A DNA stretch of 64,000 nt from Azolla caroliniana (Eukaryota; Plantae; Polypodiophyta), in contig JBHGNT010000013.1 of the NCBI GenBank assembly GCA_043228905.1, forward strand, positions 16,058,001 through 16,122,000, read 5' to 3'. The notes below the pieces were generated by a model that was not told where the DNA came from, searched no databases, and saw only the letters and a program-made list of their open reading frames with translations. Position numbers and translations under genes: made by a program. Shown one piece after another: positions 36,236 to 47,370 of this stretch (position 1 is its first letter; every line of letters begins with the position of its first letter).

Positions 36236-39200
36236 ATATGTGTATAAATATGACTTAGGGCAAACAGTTTTAATGTTGCTACTCATTTTTCTGTTTTTCC
36301 ACTCAAGAGGAGTGAAGAGAGAGCAGCCGTGAGAGAGATAGAGCGTGAGAGAGGAAGAGGTCGACGCCTCTGTGTATTTCCGCCGCCTGTGGCGAGGACA
36401 GCGAGCTCAAGGTCGTCGCCTTGCAGCTCGCCATTGTATACTTCTCTGTGCATAGTTTTGGTTTGGAGTCTTGTACTCCCGTGGTTTTTCCCGTACAGGG
36501 TTTTCCACTTTAAATCGTGTGTCCACTTATTTACTTCTGCATTTCCCATTTTCTGCAACAACGATTCGTGTGTTTCCTTGGTTGTGGCCGAGAGGTGAAG
36601 TTTGGAAAGTGTCGATTAATTTTCCATCAATTTGGTATCAGAGCGGGCTGATGCAGAAAATGGAAGGCGGCGGCAGCGGGCAGCCGGGGATGATGGTGTT
36701 GAATGCGCAGAATTACGCCGACTGGAAGATCAAGATGGAGGATCTTCTGATTGTTCGGGACCTGTACGAACCGATTGAGAGGTCGGAAATACCGAAGGGA
36801 GTACTTGAGTCGGAATCGAGGCTTCTGAACCGGAAAGCCGTTGCAACCATTCGGCAATACGTAGACGTGAGCGTTCTACAACATGTGGCGAACGACATCA
36901 ACGCATATGAGATGTGGCGGAAGCTGTCGGGCCTCTACGAGAGGAAGAATGCGTTGAACCGGACCTCCCTGATGAGGAAGATAGTGAACCTCAAGTACCA
37001 GGACGGCGAGAGTATGGTGGAACACGTAAGCACGTTCATGGGATTCGTGAACCAGCTTGCGGCGATCAAGTTCCCGCTGGAAGATGCAATGCAAGCCATC
37101 ATTCTGATGTGTACATTGCCGGAAAGCTGGGAGAACTTGGTGGTGACTCTCAGCACCTCCTGCACGGAAGATAACTTGTCCCTACAAACGGTAAAGACAA
37201 GTATTTTGAACGAAGAAGCGCGTCGGAGAGATAAAGAACCGGCCTCCGACTCGAAAGCGCTGCTTACCGAATCGTAACGGGGAAGACAATGGAACCGGAG
37301 TCCGCAAAGACGGGAGAAGTCGGGGACCCGGTCGCAGTCAAGAGGAAGGCCCACATGCTTCCACTGTGGGAAGCCGGGGCACTTCCGAAAGAATTGTCGG
37401 CATTACCGAAAGGACAACGGAGCCGACGACACCGATTCGAAGAAGTCACCGGAGAGAGACGGTGCATACCGAGGAGCCACGGACCGGAGAGGTCCGGATC
37501 GGCGAGGGCAGGACCGGAAAGGAACGACGACACTCGCGGCAAGTGAGGAAGAAATCATGCTCATCACCGAAGAAGGTGAACTAAACATTGCCGGCGATGA
37601 GACGACCTGGGTGGTCGATTCCGGAGCATCGTTCCACCTGACCCCGGAGAGAAGATACTTCTCATCCTACACAGCCGGTGAGCATGGCTGTGTTCGGATG
37701 GGAAATGAAGGTACGTGCCGGATTGCCGGCATAGGAGACGTGTGGTTGACAACACCGACCGGATGCAAAATGCTGCTGAAGGATGTCCGACACGTTCCGG
37801 AGGTTCGATTGAACCTGATTTCGGCCGGGAGGCTAGACGATGAAGGCTACACAGGCAGCATCCGGAACGGCGTAATGAAGTTCAGCAAGGGGAGCCTGAT
37901 AGTGGCTCGGGCCCGGAAAGTCAACACATTGTACCTTATGAATGCCTGGTTGTGTCCGGAAGAGTTGAACGTGGCAGCCGACACTGCCGGTGAGCTGTGG
38001 CACAAGAGATTGTGCCACATGAGTGAGAAGGGGATGAAGAGGCTTGCAGAAGACAACCTTATTCCAGTGAAGCATGTGCACCTGGAGAAGTGCACCGATT
38101 GCCTGGCCGGTAAACAGAACCGAACCTCCTTCCATTCAAGGCCACCGACGAGACGTAGCGCACCATTGGAGTTGGGACCCGGTCGACAAAAAGATATTCC
38201 GGAGTCGTGATATCATCTTCATGGAGGACAAGACACTCGCCGACTGGGAGTCGGAGAAGAAGATGAAGAGCTCCAAGTCGACCGGTGAGGATCAACTCTA
38301 CGAGGAGCAGTCCCGACCGGCAAGGGACCGGTTAGCACTCGAGGATCCGGCCGAAGACGGTGAAGAAACAGAACCGGCCGAGGAAGATGAAAATGATACC
38401 GGAACCGGCCCCGATCCCGAAATGGATTCGGATGAAGAAGAATCGGAAGAACCGGTTACCGAAGCTCCGGAACGGAGATATCCTCTAAGAGAGAGAAGGG
38501 CCCCCCGGAGATTTCCGGAACCAGAGCACGTGCTGCTAACCGACGAGGGGGAGCCGGAGAGCTTTGAAGAAGCAAAGCATGACACCCAGAGCCGCAGGTG
38601 GTTGAGTGCCATGCAGGACGAGATGGATTCCCTGCATGAGAACCACACATATGAACTTGTGGAGTTGCCGAAAGGAAAGCGGGCACTTCGAAACAAGTGG
38701 GTGTTCAAGCTGAAACCGGGAGATGCCGAAAACCCCCCGAGATACAAAGCCAGGATCGTGGTGAAGGGGTTTCAGCAGAAGAAGGGCGTCGACTTCGACG
38801 AGATATTTGCCCCGGTAGTGAAGATGACCTCCATCCGGACGGTGCTGAGCATAGCGGCAAGCATGGACCTCGAGGTAGAACAGATGGACGTGAAGACGGC
38901 ATTCCTTCACGGTGACCTCGAAGAAGAGATCTACATGCAGCAACCGGAAGGATTCGAGAAGAAAGGGAAGGAGCACCTGGTATGCCGGTTGAAGAAGAGC
39001 CTTTACGGACTGAAGCAGGCTCCCCGGCAATGGTACCGGAAGTTCGACTCTTTCATGACCGACGAAGGGTACCTCAAAACGCAGTCCGACCACTGCGTGT
39101 TTGTGAAGAAGTTCGAAGGAGGAGACTTTCTAATACTCCTCCTGTACGTGGACGACATGTTGATCGTCGGACGGGACCAGGTCAAGATACGGATGCTGAA

Positions 39201-41841
39201 GAAGGCTCTTCACCGAACCTTCTCAATGAAGGACTTGGGTCCGGCGAGACAAATACTAGGGATGCACATCATCCGGGACCGGAGCAAGAAGCAGTTGTGG
39301 CTGTCACAGGAGAAGTACGTGACAAAGGTGCTTAAACGGTTCAACATGTCGGAAGCAAGACCGGTCGGATCGACCCTCCCGGCAAACTGCAAGCTGTCGA
39401 GCAAGCAAAGCCCCAAGACAAAGGCTGAGAAGGAGGACATGATGAAAGTGCCATATGCCTCTGCCGTCGGAAGCTTGATGTACGCAATGGTGTGTACAAG
39501 ACCGGACATTGGATACGCAGTCGGAGTGGTGAGCCGGTACATGAGCAATCCCGGCAAAGAGCATTGGAACGCGGCCAAGTGGATACTCCGATACCTGAAG
39601 GGCACGGCAAACGTGTGCCTCTGATTCGGCTCCGGTAAGCCTGAACTCGACGGCTTTACCGATTCGGATATGTCGGCTGATGCAGATACCAGCCGGTCCA
39701 CATCAGGGTATGTGATGACGTATGCAGGGGGAGCTGTTTCATGGCAGTCGAGGCTGCAGAAGACGGTTGCGTTGTCAACCACGGAGGCGGAGTACATGGC
39801 GGCTGTTGAAGCCGGCAAGGAAATAATATGGATGAAGGACTTCATTAGAGAGCTCGGTATCCAGCAGGAGGAGTACCGACTGTACTGCGACAGTCAGAGT
39901 GCCATCCACCTTGCGAAGAACGCGGCCTATCACTCCCGGACGAAGCACATCCAGCGAAGATATCACTGGATCCGGGAAAGGATAGAAGACAAGGAGTTCG
40001 TGCTGATGAAGGTCCACACGGACGAGAACGGGTCGGATATGCTGACCAAGGTGCTCACACCCGACAAGCTGGAAGCATGCCGGAAGAGGATCGGATTGGA
40101 GAGACATCCCATGCCGAAGTGAAGGGGGAGTTTGTTGGGATTACGGTCCCTTCGGATGGGATGGTCGGATGTCGGAGATGAATGCCGACAAGCCCGGTTG
40201 CGGTTTCGGAACCGGATGATGAAGACCCCGGCTTCGGAGCCAGATGACGAATGTACCCGGAGAGAGATCCGGATGCGGGGACATATCTGTGAATATGTTT
40301 GCCAAGGGCCCTTGAGGCTATAGTTGTAAATAGCCCCAAAGTCATATGTGTATAAATATGACTTAGGGCAAACAGTTTTAATGTTGCTACTCATTTTTCT
40401 GTTTTTCCACTCAAGAGGAGTGAAGAGAGAGCAGCCGTGAGAGAGATAGAGCGTGAGAGAGGAAGAGGTCGACGCCTCTGTGTATTTCCGCCGCCTGTGG
40501 CGAGGACAGCGAGCTCAAGGTCGTCGCCTTGCAGCTCGCCATTGTATACTTCTCTGTGCATAGTTTTGGTTCGGAGTCTTGTACTCCCGTGGTTTTTCCC
40601 ATACAGGGTTTTCCACGTTAAATCGTGTGTCCACTTATTTACTTCTGCATTTCCCATTTTCTGCAACAACGATTCGTGTGTTTCCTTGGTTGTGGCCGAG
40701 AGGTGAAGTTTGGAAAGTGTCGATTAATTTTCCATCACTTCCCAAGTTGGCAGGCTTCACAAATTTCGGCCTTTCGGTTGCTAAATTTTAGCAAACCAAA
40801 AACGACTTGTTTCGATTGCAGGTCTTGAAGCCTCTGATAATTGACATGGCCGATCCGCTTGTGCCACAGGTCGATGTCCGATTCGACCTTCTGTCCTTTC
40901 GCAAACATAGCGGTGCTGACATCATTACTGTTGAGGATGAACATCCTCCCGTCTCTGCGCCCTTGCGCAATTATCTGGCCCTCTTCCTCGATGAAGCACC
41001 CGAGGTGCGTAAACCGCACCTGCATCCCCTAGTCAACGACTTGTCTGACCGACACCAGGTTCTTTGTGATTGTCGGAACGTGTAGTACGTTCATCAGCTT
41101 CCCCTTTTGTCTGACATGGCTTAAAGGGACTTCTCCGACATGCACAATTGGGTGAGGGGTGTCGTCTCCGGTTTCGACAATCCTCGAAAGAGAACCACTC
41201 TTCATAGCTCGTCATGTGGTTGGATGCTCCGGAATCAACGTACCATACTTCCTCCGATCCAGAAGTAGTCTTCTTCATCGAGTTAGCCTTGTGCTTCATC
41301 ACGAAGGCTGGCCCTTTACTGGTTTTCTCGGTTCCGGATCCATTCGATCCTTCCGCGTAGTGCGAGCTTTGCCGGTTCTCCCGACCGGTTTTGTCATATC
41401 CAGATTTGTTTGAATCAGCGCGCTTCTTCCAGCACTAGCTTTCCTTGTGGCCCTTTTTGCCATAGTACCATCATTCCGTATCGGCTTTCCCTTGCTGGTT
41501 CCCAACGCCGCTTTGACTCCCCCTGCTTGTGGAGAGTCTGGAATTGTTGTCGGCACCACCTTTGTGCCTCCGGTCCTGCTCTTGTACGCCGCCTCCATTA
41601 CATGCCGACCCACCTCGTCCACCACATCCATGGGGCCAATCTGTTACCGTGCACAGCATCCGGCCGTCCGATTGAGTGGTCCTTGATCCACTCACGTGGT
41701 TTTCTTCAACCATCTGCATCGATTTCAAGTCGAAGGATGGTGGTTTCTCCCGGGTGCAAATCGTTGTCCGGATTTGCCTGTACCTTTGCGCTAGACCACC
41801 GAGGCAGATTTGTACCATCTCGTCTTCATCCACCGTCACGT

Positions 41842-42584
41842 TGTCGTAGTGTATTTCGTACACTACGTGAAAAACTTATAAAGTACCGATTTAATAAATA
41901 TGAATAAATAGTAGAAAATATTAAAATATATATAACATGCATGACAAGATTCGAACCTTGCACCTCTATGCTAATAATGTAATGTCTTACCATTGCACTA
42001 GCATTTTATTAATGTTAAAAAGTAGATGTTCCACATAGAAAGGTTAGTTCACCTAGGATAAACTTCAGTTAAAAGAAAACGCATGCTAAAAGAAAAAGCT
42101 ACGCATGCACATCTAGCGTGCATGAACGCTATAATCGATAAAAAACGCACAAGTTAGAAAAAGCATGATCACTTTAGATAAAGCATATAGTCTATCTATA
42201 GGAAAAGCATGGAGTCTATAGTTAGAAAAAAAAGCATGGATTACTAAGACTCCCTCATCATTACATAAGGATGGGAGCACAATGTAAAAGGTGTGTGAAA
42301 TATTTGGGAAATTGGATATATTTCCTAAAACACCAATTAATAAACTATACTCGTGGGATTCACGAGATTTCTATATCTTTTTCTTTCAATCTAAATACAT
42401 ATTCTTATCTAAATATTGATTAATCGAATACAATACACTCGTGGGATTCACGAGATTTCTATCTCTCTTTCTAATAATCTATCCATAACTATAAACTTGT
42501 CTCAAATTCTTCCTTTTCCTAGTCGAAAACCCCAACGGTTCCCACCCGACTCACGCAAACGATCTGGCGCCAAAAGGCACGACA
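41842..42584 (+). mobile_element. Solo LTR G1 (743 bp) of the tRNA-Trp-primed gypsy-type family
   Basis: TGTCGTAG...GCACGACA ends, 4-bp TSD ACGT, homologous to 43707-44442, inserted in A2 gag. Confidence 0.92.
41948..42000 (-). promoter_or_regulatory. tRNA-like Pol III A/B-box module, antisense within the G1 LTR (second copy at 43814-43866)
   Basis: Minus strand reads TAGTGCAATGGTAA...GAGGTGCAAGGTTCGAATC, with about 44 nt between the A-box T and the B-box G. Confidence 0.65.
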
Positions 42585-44446
42585 ACGTTGATGGACCTGA
42601 GTGCGTAGCAAATCTCCTTTATCTTGGTGGTGTAGTCTGTAACCGACATGTCTCTTTGCCGGATGTTGTTCAGCTCTTGCCGAAGCTGCAACTTACGGGT
42701 TGTGGTACTTGCGGCGAAAATCTTCCGTAGAATTTCCCAGGCCTCCTTCGGCATCTTTGCATCCTTGATGTAGCTGAGCATCTGATCATGCACACCGGAC
42801 ACGAGACAATACAGTACCCGACTCACTCCTTGCTCCCATACCAGGAAGTCTTTGTGTGACGGCTCCGGTGCTACTTCATTTGTTCCTTCCACGAAGCTCC
42901 AATATCCATGCCCCAGCAAGTACTGGTGCATTTATATGACTAGGACGCACAGTTGCTCCGGTCAAGCTTCTCTATTGGAAGTGAACTTGCCATTCCTCTG
43001 TCCATATCTTCTCTCTATCTGTTGTTACCAGGTTCTAGGGTTCGTTAACGGAAGCAAGTGTCGGCTGTAGAGGTTCTCAACCCTCGCGCTCTGATACCAT
43101 GTGAATGTTAATGTGCGGAAGCATAAGACAGAACTAGCTCAGCCGGATAGCAACAGAAAATGAGATGAAAGTTTTAATGGAGAAGCTTAACACAGAGAGT
43201 ATATACGGGGGAGACAAAGAGAGCAGAACATAAACTCTATTCACAAAATAACTCTCAAACTTTGTACACACAACGTGCTAAACAACACTATTTATACAAG
43301 TCCATAAAGAACTGTCAGAAGTACTGACATGTACTTCAATGCTCATACGTGCGACTGACACTAACTACGAGACAATGATTACCTAGTAGTCTAGGCTACT
43401 ACTAGGCTTCCGGTTCCCGCTCGAATCCAGCTCTCCGATCCATCTCCCTGATCTGACCGGTTGTATCCGGATACCAATCCAGCTCATCCTTCCAGATGCC
43501 GATCTGGCTCAGGCTTATTAAGCCGATATCCAGTTGAGCTTGCTCGCTCAACAGACATGTTGGTGGTTAAAGATCTCTGGTTGCCAATACAGTTTGGAGA
43601 CAAAAGACCGGACAAGATTGATGTCACGACCTGGGAAGTGATGCATATGAAGACAATGAAATACATAAGATGTTTCATTGACATGAGCCTGTACAATAAT
43701 TGACGTTGTCGTAGTGTATTTCGTACACTACATGAAAACTTATAAAGTAACGTTTTAGTAAATATGAAGAAATAGAAGAAAATGTCAAAATAAATAATAC
43801 ATGCATAGGGCAAGGTTCAAACCTTGCACCTCCATGTTAATAACGTAATGTCTTACCATTACACTAGCATTTTATTAGTGTTGAAAAGTAGATGTTCCAC
43901 ATAGAAAGGTAAGTTCACGCTAGGATAAACTTTAGAAAAACGCATGATAAAAGAAAAAGCTACACATGCACATGTAGCGTGCATGAACACTATAGTCAAT
44001 AAAAAAAACGCACAAGTTAGAAAAAGCATGATCACTTTAGATAAAGCATATAGTCTATCTATAGAAAAAGCATGGAGTCTATAGTTAGAGAAAACGCATG
44101 GGTTGCAAAAGACTCTCTCATCTCTATATAAGGATGAGGAGCACAATGTAATAGGTGTGTGAAAAATATTTGGGAAATTGGATATATTTCCTAAAACACC
44201 AATTAATATAATCGTGGGATTCACGAAGTTTTATAATCTATTTCTTTCAATCTAAATACATATTCTTATCTAAATATTGATTAATCGAATACAATACACT
44301 GGTGGGATTCACGAAATTTCTATCTCTCTTTCTAATAATCTATTCATTACTAGCCTCATCTCATATTCTTCTTTCTCCTAGTCCAAAACCTCAGTGGTTC
44401 CCACCCGACTCACGCAACGATCCGGCGCCGAAAGGCACGACACATT

Positions 44447-44464
44447 TGGTGAACCCGACGTGAA
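44447..44464 (+). promoter_or_regulatory. Primer-binding site complementary to the tRNA-Trp 3' end
   Basis: TGGTGAACCCGACGTGAA, 4 nt after the LTR, is complementary to the plant cytosolic tRNA-Trp 3' end (...UUCACGUCGGGUUCACCA, recalled from memory). Confidence 0.85.
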
Positions 44465-44480
44465 GACGGGTGGCAAGGGG

Positions 44481-45140
44481 ATGGAGAATCAACAAGAGGC
44501 GATGAACATGATGATGATGATGGTTGAGCGGATGCAACAAGAACAACGCGTGATGACGGATATGAAGGCGGCAGTAGAGCGGCTTGTGCGACGAAATGGG
44601 GAATTCAACGGAAATGATGTGTCACGCTATCTACGTGACTACAAAGGGGAGATGATGCAATGTGGGATACCGGAAGGATTGCAAGTGATATCCTTCAGTC
44701 GGGTAGCCACGGATGAGTTACAAGAAAGAATCTACAAGATACGGCAACAAAATCCAACATGGGGGTCCTTTGAAGAAGCTTTACAAGAGGCATATGACTA
44801 CGAGAGATCGAAGGGACGAGATCGACGCGAGTTTGACGAATGGGTGGCATCGGAGAAGACCCACCGAAGTGCAACACAAGCATTCCTAGAGTTCGAGCAT
44901 CGTCTTGCTCAACTCTCGGAACGGGAACAACGATTGGTGGGGGAGGATAAAGTCCTAATGTTCGTAAAATCGATCGATCGAAAAGAAAGGATGGACATCG
45001 GGATCGAACTCGAAGACGATGACAGTACGAATGGTCTTACCGAAGATTGGGCCGAAGTCCAAAGGGGATGCCGGAGACATGATGAGAGAAAGATGAGAAT
45101 CTTGTCAACGACATGGCCGATGAAGGATGGTCGATTGAAG
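44481..45140 (+). pseudogene. gag: Truncated gag-like ORF of G2
   Basis: Starts just after the PBS. Contains FNGNDVSRYL...TWGSFEEALQEAY, resembling a retrotransposon gag capsid. Cut by the internal deletion. Confidence 0.7.
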
Positions 45141-46744
45141 ACAAACGATGGAGCCGAAAGGCACGACAACGTCATCTGGGAGAAGATTGTCATTATGTTA
45201 GAGAACAAGAATATTGTGAATTGAGTCTTGCTGAGAGACAAGCTCAACATGGGCCTATTTGGTTGAAGAAACCAAGAACCAAGAACCGAGGGTCGAGGGC
45301 CATGAGCCGAGTAGGAAGGATTCCAAAAGTCTGTTGAGGGTCTATATTCCTACTATAGTAAATAGGAATATTGTAGACAGATTTAGTGTCAAGCCCGTTT
45401 ATGAGCATTCAAGTACTGAGGGTATTTGTGCCAGCCCACTCGTCAAGGGGCTGTATAAAAAGTGTTCACTGAGCACAACGTATGTACAGAGTGTTTATTA
45501 TTCAAAATAGAAGTTGTTGTTTGCTCTCTCTCTCTCTCTCTCTCATACACCATTCTCTGTGTTTATCTAAACTGTCGAGTTTTCGAAACCAACTGTGTAC
45601 TCGGTGTCTATCGCACATGTATTCTTTTCATGGTATCAGAGCATGAGGGTCGAGACTCCTCTACAGCCGACAAAAAAGCAAGCGCACAAGACAGAGTCAA
45701 GTTTCTCATTTTTCGGAAAAGGAAAGATAGGAACATGGACAGAGGAATGGGAAGCTTGCTTCCGACCAAAAAGCTCGATAGGAGCAACTATGCATCTTGG
45801 TCATACAAGTGCACCAGTACCTACACGGGCACAATTATGGGAGTTACATCAAAGGAGCTAATGATGCAGCACCCGAATCGACACACAAAGATTTCCCAGC
45901 CTGGGAACAGGCGGCAAGCAGTGTTCTCTACTGCTTTGCATCTTGTGTGAGCGAACAACTTTTGAGCTACATTCGAGATGCTAGGACGCCAAAGGATGCC
46001 TGGGGAAATCCAAAGAAGATGTTCGCTGCGAGCACCACAACCAAAAAGATTCAGCTCAGACACCTCCAAGCTCAAGGAGATGTGCGACTCTCTTGCCTCC
46101 ATCAATGTGAACGTCGAGGAGGACAAAAGGTGCAGGTTTGCCTCGGAGGGTTGGTGTCGAAGTTCAGAGCATTCCAAACTGCGATCTACAGGAGGGAGAA
46201 CACGCCTTCATTTTTTGAGCTACAATCAATGTTGCTCATAGAAGAAAATCACTCGAGTGCATCAACGAGTATACAAACCAACAGTAAAATGTTGTACACG
46301 AAGGCGGATCGGCCCCGTGGTTGTGGTGGACAAGGCGGGTTGACGCGTAATAGAAGCTGTCGACAGGAGCAGAACTCGAGGCATAATCAAAATGCCGACA
46401 ACATTTCCAGACCCTCCACAGGTAGGGGGAGTCAAGGTGGTGCCGAAGGTTGGCAAGGAAAGACCGAGATGGACTGTTGGTATTGTGGCCAGAAGGTTCA
46501 CAGAGAGAGCGAATGCTGGAAAAAGCGAGTTGATTCAAACAAGGCCAGGTCGAGCCGAGTAGTCACGGATAGGCGTCAAAGATCACACAAGCCGAAGGCT
46601 CAGGACGAGCCGAAACAGGCCCACCCTTCGTGATGAGGCACAAAGCCAACTCAATGGTGGTGAACACTGCAAGTTCGAACGAGGTGTGGTATGTGGATTC
46701 GGGTGCGTTGAACCACGTGACGAATCACAAGGAGTGGTTCTCGA

Positions 46745-47245
46745 TGTCGCGGGCACACCAAGCGCAAACTAGGACGGAGCACAGATAATGGGGTTACGAA
46801 CGACGGATGACCTTGGAGCTAGATGTGACAAGGCTAGGAACTCTAGATGATGTGAGCGACATGAGGGGATGAAGATAGAAAAAAAGATCAAGGAGACAAA
46901 GATGAGGCGAAATGAGAATACTAGATTGATGTGTCGATGACTGGTGGTGAATCCCTTGAAAGGAACCAACGATGTTACAAGTATTTATACAAATTCTGAG
47001 ATTGAATATCACTAGAATATACTTGAGAAATATCCCGAGAATATACCCATTTAGAGTATATACCACAAAATAATTCTAGAATATACTAACGACTAGAATA
47101 TTCTTGAATGTGCTATACACTAGACTCTACAATATATACAAGTTCACAATCGAATGTGGACAGTTCACAAGAGTTTCCATATGGTTAACACAACACAATG
47201 TACTGTGTGTGTTAAAAGTCAAAGGTTCGACTCTAAAGTGTGACA
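46745..47245 (-). mobile_element. Solo LTR, gypsy-like (501 bp)
   Basis: TGTCGC...GTGACA ends, TSD CTCGA, minus-strand TATAAAT near 46985. The host protease sequence resumes after it. Confidence 0.88.
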
Positions 47246-47370
47246 CTCGACTCTGGAGTAGCCATGGGTCGTCAAAACGGGCGATGACACCCCTCACCCC
47301 ATCGAACACATCGAAGATGTCCCTCTCAGCCATGTCGGCCAGAAGGGAATCATGAGGAATGTCTTGCATG

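Larger units (their letters stand above)
30571..40737 (+). mobile_element. Ty1/copia element E (C family), integrase core deleted, 5' LTR split by B2
   Basis: 605-bp LTRs (30571-30786 plus 36241-36629; 40133-40737). TSD CTTCC. PBS at 36633-36644. Gag-pol 36651-40122 has stops at 37275 and 39622 and a ~611-bp deletion near 38173 relative to C1. Confidence 0.95.
21860..43553 (-). mobile_element. Ty1/copia element A2, full length but degenerate, carrying nested insertions
   Basis: Diverged LTRs at 21860-22316 and 43100-43553. TSD GACAT. PBS at 43088-43099. PPT at 22317-22324. Gag from 43005, PR near 41230, INT 25275-26068, RT/RH 22752-24540. Confidence 0.95.
43707..45168 (+). mobile_element. 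Gypsy-type element G2, internally deleted (5' LTR, PBS, gag N-terminus, last ~25 nt of the 3' LTR)
   Basis: LTR at 43707-44442. A second LTR end GCCGAAAGGCACGACA at 45168. TSD ACGT at 43703-43706 and 45169-45172. Confidence 0.88.
21267..45228 (+). mobile_element. Old copia element F (C-related), fragmented host of A2, G2 and H
   Basis: LTR remnant 21267-21746 and PBS TGGTATCAGAG at 21750. Gag MEDSFGGMFKL...MRD (21784-21859) resumes as DMLVVKDLW (43554-43706) and DVIWEKI...ENKN (45169-45228). Confidence 0.85.
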
